The position numbers and the translations under genes are program-made. Shown piece by piece: positions 28,436 through 38,887 of a DNA stretch of 64,000 nt (position 1 is the stretch's first letter; each line of letters opens with the position of its first letter). The stretch lies in sequence record MH460460.1. One strand, written 5' to 3'. The notes below the pieces were generated by a model, which was not told the origin of the DNA, did not search any database, and was given only the letters and a program-made list of their open reading frames with translations.

Positions 28436-30400
28436 TTACAGGTAGCGTTTCAGCATTTTAATCGTAAAGTCTACGTCGCCCTCTTCACCGATGAAAGTTG
28501 CAATCGGCACATTGGTTTTCGGATCTTCTGAAACCTCTGCGCGAACGTCATAATCGCGAGCGAATTCATAGACACTATACCATTCACCATCTTCTTCAAA
28601 TTCAATGTCGTCACGTTTGCTTGTGAAGCGCCCATTAGGAATTTCAATTGATTTGGTGGTAGGCGGTGCGGGTTCCGCTTTCTTTTTCAAATACTGAATA
28701 AATGAATCTGCCGATGTGGTTTTATCAAAGCAAACAAACATAGGAGTGTTGCCGCCTGCCTCAAGAGAGGAAACCAAAAGAACAGGATTCGGATTATATT
28801 CATCCATCCAATCGAAAAGATCTGACTGCATCGAACGACGCTCGCTATAAGTATCAGCGCCTAGATCGTAGAACGTGAATTCCGCAATTGTTTTATCCGT
28901 AGGTTTAACTAAGAATTCCCAAATGGCATAAAACGTTTTAGGAACAAATTTCTTCGCCTTCTTGAGAGAAGCCAGAGTTGCATACTTGCCATGCAATTTC
29001 GACATTGCATAGTATATTTTGAAATAATAAACACTGGTTTCATCAGCAGACTCTAAAACTTCACTCCTGCTATCTTCGCTACAAGTGCGAGCAAGAATCA
29101 TCCAGAAAGTTACTTCCGGATCATTTGAAAAATCTGCCAACTCTGTAGCGATGTTCAAAACCTTCGCCGCATTCTTCTCTTTATCCAGAAGACGTTCGAT
29201 AAGATAATCTGTTTCGCCTGACTGCAAAAACTCTTCAACAGGAATCGCTTCATGCGCTGTCCGGATGGATTTAAAATCCTGACGTGCTGCAAGAGTTTTC
29301 ATAATCTCATAGGCAAGATACTTATACTTTTGTTTTTTGAATTTAGAGAAAGCGTCACGCAACAAAGAATCTTTTTGCGGATTCTCTTCTATCGCCCTGA
29401 CCCAAAACTCATAGGCTCTAGGAACCAGCTTAGAGATATTCTTATATGAAATTGCCGCAGGAATCTTTTTAAAGAGTTCCATTGCAGAATCATCAGTTGC
29501 GTGCATACCTCCAACGCGAGAGTTACGCGCTTTAGCCGCTTTCTCTTTCGCATCATAAAGTTTATCCAGCGCCGCATCCAGTTTGTCCATTCCAAGCAAG
29601 GCGAGTTTTGCGATACCTGTAATTGCAAAATCCCCATCGCCGTCATGATACAAATCTTTCTTGCGTGTGATGATTGAAGGAGAAGACGATTTATCGGTAA
29701 TAACGTTGATGTTTTCGTCTACCCACTCCTGAACTTTTCGCACAAACAGAGTATCTTTCGCGTCCGGATACGCAACTTCGGCAACGTAGCGGAACGAAGA
29801 TCCGTTTGAGTTCACGAATTTTTTCATCAGCAAACGCATGATAGGTTTGTTGATGTTCTTATCGTCGGCGTTTACCAGATAAGCAATCAGCGTATTGGCT
29901 TTAACGTCCTTAACGATATACTTCTTATTGCTTCCATCAACAAGGTTCATGCAGCTTGTCCAGCCGCGATCCGTACTCATACCAGCCACATCATAGGGGT
30001 GCATGGAAAGGCAAACGAGTTTATCACCTTTCGCAGCCGTAACAATCTGACGGCGATTCGCATCGTTATCAAAAAGTTTTTTCAGTTCAGGCTGTTTAGA
30101 TAAAACTTTGCCGAGACGTTGCACACGATCATGGCGATCTTTTACCGTACCTGCCGCATAGTCCAGAAGTTCGAAATTGTTTTCACGAAGGAAAGCGGCA
30201 ATAGGTGACGGCACATGAGAATCAGGAACGCGAATATTACGCTCAACCGCATAGTCAAAATAAATGCGGTACGCTTTCTTGCCGCGCTTATGAGATTGCT
30301 GTTCGAATATCTCCAGCAATCTCTGATCAGGTTTCCAGCCACGCATATAGTTTCGATACTGCGAAGGCTGCAAGGCACTAATGCTGACTACTGTTTTCAT
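28436..30400 (-). CDS. Hypothetical protein, paralog A (HPYD..GMST.RGWTSCM domain)
   Basis: First ~200 aa clearly homologous to 30397..32184. Confidence 0.7.
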   Translation of the reverse strand: MKTVVSISALQPSQYRNYMRGWKPDQRLLEIFEQQSHKRGKKAYRIYFDYAVERNIRVPDSHVPSPIAAFLRENNFELLDYAAGTVKDRHDRVQRLGKVLSKQPELKKLFDNDANRRQIVTAAKGDKLVCLSMHPYDVAGMSTDRGWTSCMNLVDGSNKKYIVKDVKANTLIAYLVNADDKNINKPIMRLLMKKFVNSNGSSFRYVAEVAYPDAKDTLFVRKVQEWVDENINVITDKSSSPSIITRKKDLYHDGDGDFAITGIAKLALLGMDKLDAALDKLYDAKEKAAKARNSRVGGMHATDDSAMELFKKIPAAISYKNISKLVPRAYEFWVRAIEENPQKDSLLRDAFSKFKKQKYKYLAYEIMKTLAARQDFKSIRTAHEAIPVEEFLQSGETDYLIERLLDKEKNAAKVLNIATELADFSNDPEVTFWMILARTCSEDSRSEVLESADETSVYYFKIYYAMSKLHGKYATLASLKKAKKFVPKTFYAIWEFLVKPTDKTIAEFTFYDLGADTYSERRSMQSDLFDWMDEYNPNPVLLVSSLEAGGNTPMFVCFDKTTSADSFIQYLKKKAEPAPPTTKSIEIPNGRFTSKRDDIEFEEDGEWYSVYEFARDYDVRAEVSEDPKTNVPIATFIGEEGDVDFTIKMLKRYL

Positions 30401-32184
30401 TGTTCATCATCCATCATAACTAATGCAGCATCAAGAATACTTTCTTCCACTCCGAATCTCAGATCTTTTTCGGTTTGAGGAATCGTAGGGTAGAAAATCA
30501 TTTTGCCGTGTCCGTCTTCGGTATAACCAAAGTTGAACACATCTGCGCCCTCTTTGAGAAGTGAAGGGAAACGCGGATCATCGGCAACACGACTGCCTGC
30601 ATTGAATTCGTTATCCACTTCAAAGTAAGCCGCGAGTTTCTTACGCGACTCTTCCGACATTTTGCGCATGATTACCGTAATAACATACGAGCCGATACTA
30701 ACCTCGTAGTTGGAATCAGGTGACTTAGATAAGTACAGCGCTTTTAATTGGTACTCACTGCGACGGAAACTAACGGCATGATCGATAACATATGCCATAG
30801 GGATCACGTCTTCGAATTCTTTCATTGCTTCCATGAAAGATTGATCGGTCTTCGCGCTATAACCTTCACCAGCCATATCTGCAATTGCTTCCAAAGCAAC
30901 TTCGGGATCGCGAATGTAGTTTTTGCGAATAAACAAATCAACAAACATTTTCACAATGCGATAGCGAGAAGAAAGTTTCTCGCGAGCAAAAGGTGCCCAC
31001 ACGCCAAGCGAACGAGACAGACGGCGAACCATACTGCCGATAGATTTATTCATGCCGAATACTTTCGCGCCCATTTCAGATTGCTGCAAAATAACTTGCT
31101 GCAATACGATGGATGCAAATACTTCACGCTCACTGCGAATAGCAAAAGCGGCAATGCGTGCCATCATAAGTTCAAAATCACGCGCACTGAACACTTCTTT
31201 AAATGCTTCGAGGATGGTAGCCAGAACTTCTGAATTAAGTTCGTGTGGGCTTTCCATTCTTTCTTGCGTGAAGATCATTCCAAACAGTTCATCTTTAAAG
31301 CGACGAGCCAGAAGTGACCACTGCATATCGCTAACGACGGAAAGAGGATGTGTAGAAAGAATATTTTTAACCTCAACCGGATTGCTTTCTGCGTAGCTCA
31401 ACTGAGGGAAAATACTTTCGCGAGTATCGGAATAAAGATCTTCGTGGATACGATAACGATACTCCAGCGACTCGCCTCCGAGAAGTTCTTTATTGATTTT
31501 CTCGTCAACGAAACTCTGAACACTCTCGATGAACGGAAGGTTAGGTGCCGGATAAACACGCTCAACGTGATAAATGAATTTGGATTTTGTTTGTTCAGAA
31601 TAGAAACGTTTAATCAGAACACGACTCAACGGACGTTTGATATCACGGTCGGTTGTGTCAACGAGATATGCAATCAGCGTATGCTGTTTTACATCGTCAC
31701 GCACAAACGCTTTGTTGATGCCATCGACTAGATTCATGCAGCTAGTCCAACCGCGCCCGGTACTCATTCCCGCAACGTCATACGGGTGCATACTCAAGCA
31801 GATAGATTTCTTTCCGCGAGTAACTTCAACCAGAGCTTTACGTGATGGATCAGTTTCGAAAATCTTTTTCAGTTCCGGATCTTTTAAAACTTTACCCAAG
31901 CGCATGATGCGATTGTGTTTGTCCTTCACCGTGCCTGAAAGATAGTCCTCAAGCACAAAACCCTTCTCAATCAAATAATCTTTGATTTCAGAAGGGCATT
32001 CAGGCGCGAAAGTTTTAATCAATTTGTCAGACTGAAAATCGAAGTACAGTCGCATAGCTTTTCTGCCAGTACGACCGCTGATTTTCTGAAAGAGTTGCAG
32101 CATTTTAGGATCAGGCCGCCACATCTGCATGAACGGTCGATACTGCGAAGGAGTCAATGCACTTAAACTGACTTCGATTTCCAT
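30397..32184 (-). CDS. Hypothetical protein, paralog B (HPYD..GMST.RGWTSCM domain)
   Basis: First ~200 aa clearly homologous to 28436..30400. Confidence 0.7.
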   Translation of the reverse strand: MEIEVSLSALTPSQYRPFMQMWRPDPKMLQLFQKISGRTGRKAMRLYFDFQSDKLIKTFAPECPSEIKDYLIEKGFVLEDYLSGTVKDKHNRIMRLGKVLKDPELKKIFETDPSRKALVEVTRGKKSICLSMHPYDVAGMSTGRGWTSCMNLVDGINKAFVRDDVKQHTLIAYLVDTTDRDIKRPLSRVLIKRFYSEQTKSKFIYHVERVYPAPNLPFIESVQSFVDEKINKELLGGESLEYRYRIHEDLYSDTRESIFPQLSYAESNPVEVKNILSTHPLSVVSDMQWSLLARRFKDELFGMIFTQERMESPHELNSEVLATILEAFKEVFSARDFELMMARIAAFAIRSEREVFASIVLQQVILQQSEMGAKVFGMNKSIGSMVRRLSRSLGVWAPFAREKLSSRYRIVKMFVDLFIRKNYIRDPEVALEAIADMAGEGYSAKTDQSFMEAMKEFEDVIPMAYVIDHAVSFRRSEYQLKALYLSKSPDSNYEVSIGSYVITVIMRKMSEESRKKLAAYFEVDNEFNAGSRVADDPRFPSLLKEGADVFNFGYTEDGHGKMIFYPTIPQTEKDLRFGVEESILDAALVMMDDEQ

Positions 32185-32194
32185 GATTAACCTC

Positions 32195-32566
32195 TTACGC
32201 TTTCACTTCCAGTTCGTGATCGCCGCTGTTCCAAATAAGTTCGCGAATATTGCGCGGCATAATAATGCAACCGCTCGAAGCGGTTCCGGGATTCTTGACG
32301 CTATCGCCGTGAATCTGGAAAGCACTACGACCGAACATTTGATTTTCTTTCGCCGGAGAAAGATCCATCGCATACGGGCCAGTCTTCTGACTTGTGCGCG
32401 GAGCGTTAATTGTGTAGCGACCAATCGGAAGTGGCCCTTCACCAACAACAGCAGTATCGGCAACAACATTTTTGTGTTTACCTTTTCCGCTATAACCAGT
32501 CGCAACGCGCTTCCCGTTTTTATCCAGCATTTCACCGGACGTAATATGATAAGTCCACATCAACAT
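32195..32566 (-). CDS. Tlde1/DUF2778-like L,D-transpeptidase-fold protein
   Basis: GYSGKG...GEGPLPIGRY...FGRSAFQIHGD...ASSGCII, with the H...SxGC catalytic motif. Confidence 0.8.
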   Translation of the reverse strand: MLMWTYHITSGEMLDKNGKRVATGYSGKGKHKNVVADTAVVGEGPLPIGRYTINAPRTSQKTGPYAMDLSPAKENQMFGRSAFQIHGDSVKNPGTASSGCIIMPRNIRELIWNSGDHELEVKA

Positions 32567-33129
32567 TTACCTCTATAGCGAAGATAGTTTTGCAGACAGC
32601 AAAAAACTGTCTCTTTAAGTTTATGTTCCATCTGCGCATCTTTTTGGGAAGGATCTCGCAAGCAAACTTCTACTGTTTCACGCGCCCAATCTACCGAAGC
32701 CCAATCCACATCAAACATCCAACCGAATCTTTCATGCCAATCGCGAAGAATGTCATCCAGATCTGGAGTACGATCAACGCCTAAATCAGAAAGAGGATAA
32801 ATCAGAGAATAAAGTGGAGGGGGTGCAGATAGGCTAGTGCCTGCGCCGTCGAATTTATCGAAAGCCTTTTGCACATGCCAGAGAGTTTCTTCGGTGGAGA
32901 GTGGTTCAACTTTTCGCAGCACATATTTATTTGCCGACAAACCAGCTTGCGCAAGAGTAGCACGGCAAACAACATTGTCGCCTTCATCATTTATGTACGC
33001 GAAAAGATATTGCGTGTTGCCGATCTTTCGAGAAGCAACAACACGCACATCCAGCTTTCCACGATTCAAAACTTCTTGCAAGGCACGGTTGCTTAATGCC
33101 GCCGAGATAGAAACTAAAATCTCCATCAT
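32560..33129 (-). CDS. Hypothetical protein with N-terminal ILVSISA tag
   Basis: 189-aa ORF in operon. Confidence 0.65.
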   Translation of the reverse strand: MMEILVSISAALSNRALQEVLNRGKLDVRVVASRKIGNTQYLFAYINDEGDNVVCRATLAQAGLSANKYVLRKVEPLSTEETLWHVQKAFDKFDGAGTSLSAPPPLYSLIYPLSDLGVDRTPDLDDILRDWHERFGWMFDVDWASVDWARETVEVCLRDPSQKDAQMEHKLKETVFCCLQNYLRYRGKC

Positions 33130-33144
33130 TGCCTCGCAATAGTT

Positions 33145-34173
33145 TTATTTACCTGCGTTGGCTGTGATGCCTTTCGCCGCTTTCAGGTAGTTGCCTGTAG
33201 AGAGTTTGGAACCTTTGACAGCTTCGATGGATTTAACTGCTTTCGCAAGTTTCGCCGCCAGAGATTTCAGAGTTCCGCGAATGGTTCCGCGACCAGCACC
33301 GGGAGCGCTATGAGTCAGTTTGTATTCGCTGCCTTCTCGTTTCAGAGTTGCTTTGAAACCTTTAGACTCAAACTGAATTTTATCGCCAGCCGCTTTCAGA
33401 GTGGAGTTTTTGCCAGTCACGTTTTTAGCAATCGCGTTGATTGCCTTCATATGAGATTCCGGAACAGATTTAGAAATCTTCACATTTTTATTTGCGGTAG
33501 CAGCTTTCTTCGCACGGTCAGCGGCTTCCGTTGCGCGACCACGTTTAGAAAGTTCGTCTTCAACGTCAGTCAACCAACCGCTGTCTTCGTCTTTCTTATC
33601 AGCGGCTTTGCCTTTACCTTTTCCTTTGATGGCTTCGCGTGCTTTAGCGATTTCGCCACCAGTGGAATTTTTGGCTTTTTTGGTTTTGGTTTTGCTGGCA
33701 AGCTGATCAAAAACAGACTGGCTTGGAGCACGAACCAAAGTAACAGGTTTCGCAACGCCTTTAACTTTCAGAGTTGAGCCAACAGAAATTTTTGCAAATT
33801 TCTTCGCATCAAAAAGATCCGGAGCGCTGAAACCAAACGTAGCTTTGATGCCGAAAACTTTACGCAGAGCTTTGGATGCAGCAGACATTGCCTGAGTAGC
33901 CGCAGTTTTGCAACGGCGCACTTCCGGCTGCATTGTAGCAATGCGAGTTTTGCGTGCATCAGAAGGTTTCGCTTTCTGAGCTTCGCGCAGTTTTTCGAGA
34001 TTGGCTTTGGTTTTGTGATACTTGCTCGCTTCTTTATAAGCGGTTTTAGCCAGCTTAAAAGCAGCAGCAATATCCGGGCGCAGTTTGGACAAAAACATGA
34101 TCTTCGTGTTAGCGCCTTTACCGATAACTTGCCACGACGGAGCGACAGCAGACAGGCTGAGAATCACTTTCAT
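33145..34173 (-). CDS. Basic K/A-rich protein with N-terminal VILSLSA tag
   Basis: 342 aa, strongly Lys/Ala-biased. Confidence 0.7.
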   Translation of the reverse strand: MKVILSLSAVAPSWQVIGKGANTKIMFLSKLRPDIAAAFKLAKTAYKEASKYHKTKANLEKLREAQKAKPSDARKTRIATMQPEVRRCKTAATQAMSAASKALRKVFGIKATFGFSAPDLFDAKKFAKISVGSTLKVKGVAKPVTLVRAPSQSVFDQLASKTKTKKAKNSTGGEIAKAREAIKGKGKGKAADKKDEDSGWLTDVEDELSKRGRATEAADRAKKAATANKNVKISKSVPESHMKAINAIAKNVTGKNSTLKAAGDKIQFESKGFKATLKREGSEYKLTHSAPGAGRGTIRGTLKSLAAKLAKAVKSIEAVKGSKLSTGNYLKAAKGITANAGK

Positions 34174-34175
34174 TT

Positions 34176-34643
34176 TTATTTTACCTTAACAGCTTTTGCT
34201 GCATCGAATTTTTCCTGAGAGACAAACTTGAACGCAACCAGTTTGCCCAATTTCCCAACGCGTGCCGTAGGTTTACCCGGCTTGTTGATAACCGAATAGG
34301 AAAGACCAGCAACTTTGCGTGCAGCGGAAACTTCGGACTTCAAATGCGCAAGTTTTTTATTGTCTTCCTGAATTTCTGCTTTCAGTTTAGCGCGGCGGGT
34401 TTTCAAACTCTGCTTACCGTCCGGAGTTTTAGCGGCTTTGATTTGTGCCGCCATTTTAGCATAGCGCTCTTTTTTAGTTTTCAGGGCGTTGAATGCTTTG
34501 TTACTTTCGGTACGCGCTTTCAGATAGGCTTCAAACATTGTTTTAACCAAAGGGCTTACCAGAATGCTTTTGCCGTCGAATTTGTATTTCGAACTAGCGG
34601 AAGTCGATTGCTGTTCAACCGACAGATCAATTTCTACAATCAT
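34176..34643 (-). CDS. Basic K/A-rich coiled-coil protein
   Basis: 155 aa; N-terminus MIVEIDLS...STSA. Confidence 0.65.
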   Translation of the reverse strand: MIVEIDLSVEQQSTSASSKYKFDGKSILVSPLVKTMFEAYLKARTESNKAFNALKTKKERYAKMAAQIKAAKTPDGKQSLKTRRAKLKAEIQEDNKKLAHLKSEVSAARKVAGLSYSVINKPGKPTARVGKLGKLVAFKFVSQEKFDAAKAVKVK

Positions 34644-35215
34644 TTTGTTACTCCAACATTAGCAGTGATATTAACAACACGGTTGAACCAACCATAAATA
34701 TTAGATTCTTGCGACTCATCTTTAACAGCGATGTTGTACAGGAAAGCAAGACGCAATCCATTATACACACGCGCAAGGATTTTAACGTCACGCACTTTGC
34801 AATACGATTCCAAAGCGGCAAGAGTCTTTGGCCCGATGTTAGCGGCGGGTGCAAAATCCGGATAAAGTTTCTGGCGGTCATTCAGAACGTTCAGCAAACC
34901 TTGAAGCGGTTCGATTGCATTTGCGGGAGACGAGTTAACAGCGAAATCGAAAACCCATACAGCAAGTTCTTCGCTGAACTTAGCAAGCTGATCGCATTTG
35001 CACATATCCCAAAAGTTTTTACGATAGATTGCTACCGCTGTTTCTTTCGGTAAAGTTTCCATGCTTCCAGTGTAGCCAAAATCACGCGCAGTTTTCTCGA
35101 TGATTCCCCACCGAGTTGCTTTGCCCCGATCCGTGGCACGGTTCGTAAACTTACTGCCGCCTTCACGTCCAATAACTTCTTCAATTGCCTTTTCAGCAAG
35201 ATTTGCAGTAGCCAT
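34640..35215 (-). CDS. Endolysin, glycoside hydrolase family 108 with PG_binding_3 domain
   Basis: REGG...DRGKATRWGI catalytic motif; AIYRKNFW; C-terminal GWFNRV. Confidence 0.9.
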   Translation of the reverse strand: MATANLAEKAIEEVIGREGGSKFTNRATDRGKATRWGIIEKTARDFGYTGSMETLPKETAVAIYRKNFWDMCKCDQLAKFSEELAVWVFDFAVNSSPANAIEPLQGLLNVLNDRQKLYPDFAPAANIGPKTLAALESYCKVRDVKILARVYNGLRLAFLYNIAVKDESQESNIYGWFNRVVNITANVGVTK

Positions 35216-35263
35216 AATATTTTCCTCTCCTTGCAGGATAGAAGAAAATTAGCATTAGAATAG

Positions 35264-35290
35264 AAAAAGGGCAGCACAAGGCCACCCTTT
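35264..35290 (-). terminator. Rho-independent terminator (repeated family)
   Basis: AAGGGTGGC-CTTGT-GCTGCCCTT plus U-run. Confidence 0.8.
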
Positions 35291-35294
35291 TAAA

Positions 35295-35618
35295 CTAAAT
35301 GAACTTATAGATTGCCAGTGCTGTAGCGCCTTGAAATAAACCGATATCCAACACATAAAACTTTTTATAGTGCGAAGGCATGTCGTCACACAAATACGCG
35401 TACAGATAGAATAGCCCAATATTCAACAGCGCAGACACAACGTAAAAAATCATTTCCTGCGATTGTGTGTTGAATGCCGGAACATAACTCAACGACAGCA
35501 GAAAACTTATTGCGAGCGCAATTGAAATTTTTGGATTGTTGCGAAAGTCAGACAACTCACATCCGATAACCACAACAATGACAGCCATCCAAATAAAATA
35601 CTCTGTTTCGAGAGTCAT
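35295..35618 (-). CDS. Small multi-pass membrane protein (holin candidate)
   Basis: 107 aa with 3-4 hydrophobic segments next to the endolysin; separated from it by a terminator. Confidence 0.5.
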   Translation of the reverse strand: MTLETEYFIWMAVIVVVIGCELSDFRNNPKISIALAISFLLSLSYVPAFNTQSQEMIFYVVSALLNIGLFYLYAYLCDDMPSHYKKFYVLDIGLFQGATALAIYKFI

Positions 35619-36331
35619 TAGATTCCCTGATTGGCGACCAACTCATCAGTGACGTTAGCAATTTTCTCAACGTTACCTTTGATGTATCCAAGTTCAAAAA
35701 TCTGAACACGATGTTTGATAACCGCCTGCCCCATCGTCATACACGTTCCATTATTCAAATCAATAAAGGCATCGCGCAGACGATATGTAACAGGTTTTTC
35801 CAGAATAGAAATTAGCTTCGCCATTGTACTATTGCTGATTCTCAATTCAAGAGCTTCAATCTCTTCCCGAATGTCAGTAACGCAGCCGCTGTAAATCCAT
35901 TTGCAAATCGTGTTAGTGATAGGCTTTTGGTGAGTTTTACTTGGCATAGTATAAATGAAAGTCATCAGGCTATAGAACAAACTTCCTTCTATCGCACGCT
36001 GTTTTAAATCTTTCAGATACGATCCAACGGGAACAACTCTAGGCCGAGTAGGTTCGATTTCCTGAACAGGCTTATCGACTTCCAGACCGTATTTTTCCAG
36101 CAGCGTGCTATGACCAAACACAAAGAAAATGTGTTGAGGCATTTGACGAATACTCACCGCGTTACGGTCAAATTCTTTTGTCCCGACAACAAAAATATGT
36201 TTGCGGTATTGCTTATCAGGATCGAGTGCAATTCCTTGAGGGCAATATGTCACACGAACTTTAGGATCTTGCGAACGCAACCACGCAAACACCTGTTCCG
36301 GACTTTGCTGAGTTACAGCAATCACTGGCAT
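35618..36331 (-). CDS. Hypothetical protein
   Basis: 237-aa ORF. Confidence 0.65.
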   Translation of the reverse strand: MPVIAVTQQSPEQVFAWLRSQDPKVRVTYCPQGIALDPDKQYRKHIFVVGTKEFDRNAVSIRQMPQHIFFVFGHSTLLEKYGLEVDKPVQEIEPTRPRVVPVGSYLKDLKQRAIEGSLFYSLMTFIYTMPSKTHQKPITNTICKWIYSGCVTDIREEIEALELRISNSTMAKLISILEKPVTYRLRDAFIDLNNGTCMTMGQAVIKHRVQIFELGYIKGNVEKIANVTDELVANQGI

Positions 36332-36333
36332 TT

Positions 36334-36585
36334 TTATTTCCCCAACGCATTCTTGATTTTAACAACCATTTCCGGATGAGCGATAATAACGTCATGCACC
36401 ATATAAACTTTATCCGATGGAACACTGACAGTATTAGAAGTTTTCAGCCGGAATATTTTCGCAACGATTTGCATAAAGCGATTGCGCTGTACAGGAACAA
36501 CTTTGCTTTCAGTGAGCAAGGGATCAGAAATGATCCGATAACCCTTAAACAGAACAGGGTTATCAAGAATGCTTTGAACGCTCAT
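36334..36585 (-). CDS. Hypothetical protein
   Basis: 83-aa ORF coupled to sbcC. Confidence 0.6.
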   Translation of the reverse strand: MSVQSILDNPVLFKGYRIISDPLLTESKVVPVQRNRFMQIVAKIFRLKTSNTVSVPSDKVYMVHDVIIAHPEMVVKIKNALGK

Positions 36586-38885
36586 CAGATTTCCTTCTTA
36601 GTAAGGACTGAAATGCCTTTGGTCTTTTCGACTGTCCACTGCTTGTCAGAAAATTCTTCAACAGGCTGCGGAGTAAGCCAATAGATGTTAGGCACTACAC
36701 GTTTCAAAATTGGTAAGAAGTTTTCGATCAAGTGATCGCGAACAGCAGGACTACAGTTTGATTCCGGCTCATCCAGCACAATGAAATCAGGTCGGCGGTT
36801 TTCCGGAACAAACGGAAGAATACTTATCGCCCACAACAAACGGAAGCAGTTTGTTTCTGCGCCGCTCATAATACTGAAATCAGTTGTGGTTCCATTACTC
36901 AAACGAGTTACTTCCGCACCGATACCTTGAGGACAAGTGAACAAGCGCCACTGCATAGGTTCCGGATAAACAAGGTGGCTGTTCTCGTTTAGTTTATCAC
37001 TGATCAATTGGAGACGACCTTCCATCGCTTCAAGTTTCAACGCGGTGCCACTGTATGCTTTATAAAGCGTTTCGTACAGCACGCGCTTATCAATCAACGG
37101 TTGGAGTTTTGAAAGTTTGGTACGCAGATCAACAAGCGTATCTTCGTAGTGATCGTATTCCTGAACTTTTGAAATAACTTTCTGCGCACTGCGCTCAAGT
37201 TCGCCGATCTGCGAAGTGAGTTCTTTAATCTGCGCATCAACGCTATTGTATTCCTTTTCAATTTCCTTCGCGCTTTTCGAAGGTTTCTTGAATGCTTTCA
37301 ACGACTGATTAAGATCGCGGAATTCTTCGAGTCGGGCAATACGCTTCTCGATATTCTTGCACGGTCTTTTCGGTTCGTGAACTTGTTCCGGCTTCTCCAG
37401 AGATTCCAGCTTAACAAGAATAGCGTCGCGCTTCTTGATAGTCTCAAACTCTTCGGCGATAGCATCAATCTTCGCACTGACTTTCTTCAAGCGCTTTTTC
37501 AATTCGTCTTTGTCGTGTTCTGGTTTAGAAACTTTGTTCTTTTCCAGATCGCGCAATTCAGATTTGATTTCGTAATACTCTTGCTGAGAGCGAATATCTT
37601 TAATCAGAGTTTCCGCTTTATCGGCAGCGCGTTTCATTGCACGCAGGTCAACGTCCTGTCCACACGTAGGGCAAGTTTTGCCGTCAACCTTATGAGAAAG
37701 TTTTTCGTAAGCACGAATGATACTCTGCGCTTCTGCCAATTCCTCATCCAGTTCTTCGGATTTTTTCTTTGGCTTTTTCAGTTTGGAAAGTGATTTGGTT
37801 AAACGCTTAACGTCGTCCTTCCATTCCTGATACGCTTCGAGTTCTTCTTCGATGGTGTTTAGAAGTTCTTCAATCTCTTCCTCTTCATCAACAAGCTTCG
37901 AATGCTTTTTAGAAAGCGCTTTCGGATCAGCTTCGGATTTTGGAAGTTCTTTTAGTTCTTCTCTCAGTGCTGCATGACGCTTGCGATATTTTTTGAGTTC
38001 AGCTTGATAGTCTTCAAACTTCTCAATCTTACGCAGGATACCTTCGAGATTTTTCAATTCCTTTTTCGGATTATCAGAAACAACACCGAGCTTTTCAATC
38101 TCAGAAAGAATGTCGTAATAACGACGAGCATCTTTTCGTTCGGACGTAAGTTCTGCGAAACGTTCATACAGTTCGTTGCGCTTCTCTTTAAGTTCGTCGC
38201 TTTTCTTCACAAACTTTTTCGCTTTCTTGCGCGTGTCGTCTGTTACTTTCAATGCTTCTTGTTTTCGCGCAGTCACATCATAGATATCTGCTACGCCTTT
38301 GCTTTCCTTCTCCGCATCTTTGGCAGCGTCCAGTTTCAATTTGACTGCGGCACGAATACGATCATAAACATCCAGACCAAACAACTCTGTCAGATATTTA
38401 AGACGTTCAGCAGGCTTCGCACGCTGGAAAGGGTGAGGCACTTGCGTTTGAATATAGCAGTAACTATAAAACTCATCCGGAGAAAGAGGAAAGTGTTTTT
38501 TGATCCACGTCTTCGCAACGTCCTGACGATCAACTTTCTGGTCTTCGCCGTTCAGATAAACTTTATATTTGCTTGCCGTCTGTTCAACACGCACCAGACC
38601 ACCAAGCGGAGATTGCCACTCAAGAGTTATCGAACTTCCTTTCTTGAGCATGTTTGTTTTGCTGCGCTTTGTAAGAGCAAGTGGATCTGCTTCGTACAAT
38701 AAATTCGGCAGCGTGCCAAACATCAAACTTTTACCGACGCCGTTTTTATTATCTCTTACGTTCGGGCTATCGTTGTTGATTCCTGAAACAGTTACGAAAC
38801 CTTGTTTGTCCAGATTTTTGAGTTCCAGTTCCTGATACACAACAACGTTTTTTAACTCAATACTCTTTAGCGAGATACCGGGCAT
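36585..38885 (-). CDS. sbcC: SbcC/Rad50-like SMC ATPase
   Basis: Walker A NGVGKS, zinc hook CPTCG in a coiled coil, signature MSGAE, Walker B VLDEP. Confidence 0.92.
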   Translation of the reverse strand: MPGISLKSIELKNVVVYQELELKNLDKQGFVTVSGINNDSPNVRDNKNGVGKSLMFGTLPNLLYEADPLALTKRSKTNMLKKGSSITLEWQSPLGGLVRVEQTASKYKVYLNGEDQKVDRQDVAKTWIKKHFPLSPDEFYSYCYIQTQVPHPFQRAKPAERLKYLTELFGLDVYDRIRAAVKLKLDAAKDAEKESKGVADIYDVTARKQEALKVTDDTRKKAKKFVKKSDELKEKRNELYERFAELTSERKDARRYYDILSEIEKLGVVSDNPKKELKNLEGILRKIEKFEDYQAELKKYRKRHAALREELKELPKSEADPKALSKKHSKLVDEEEEIEELLNTIEEELEAYQEWKDDVKRLTKSLSKLKKPKKKSEELDEELAEAQSIIRAYEKLSHKVDGKTCPTCGQDVDLRAMKRAADKAETLIKDIRSQQEYYEIKSELRDLEKNKVSKPEHDKDELKKRLKKVSAKIDAIAEEFETIKKRDAILVKLESLEKPEQVHEPKRPCKNIEKRIARLEEFRDLNQSLKAFKKPSKSAKEIEKEYNSVDAQIKELTSQIGELERSAQKVISKVQEYDHYEDTLVDLRTKLSKLQPLIDKRVLYETLYKAYSGTALKLEAMEGRLQLISDKLNENSHLVYPEPMQWRLFTCPQGIGAEVTRLSNGTTTDFSIMSGAETNCFRLLWAISILPFVPENRRPDFIVLDEPESNCSPAVRDHLIENFLPILKRVVPNIYWLTPQPVEEFSDKQWTVEKTKGISVLTKKEI

Positions 38886-38887
38886 AG

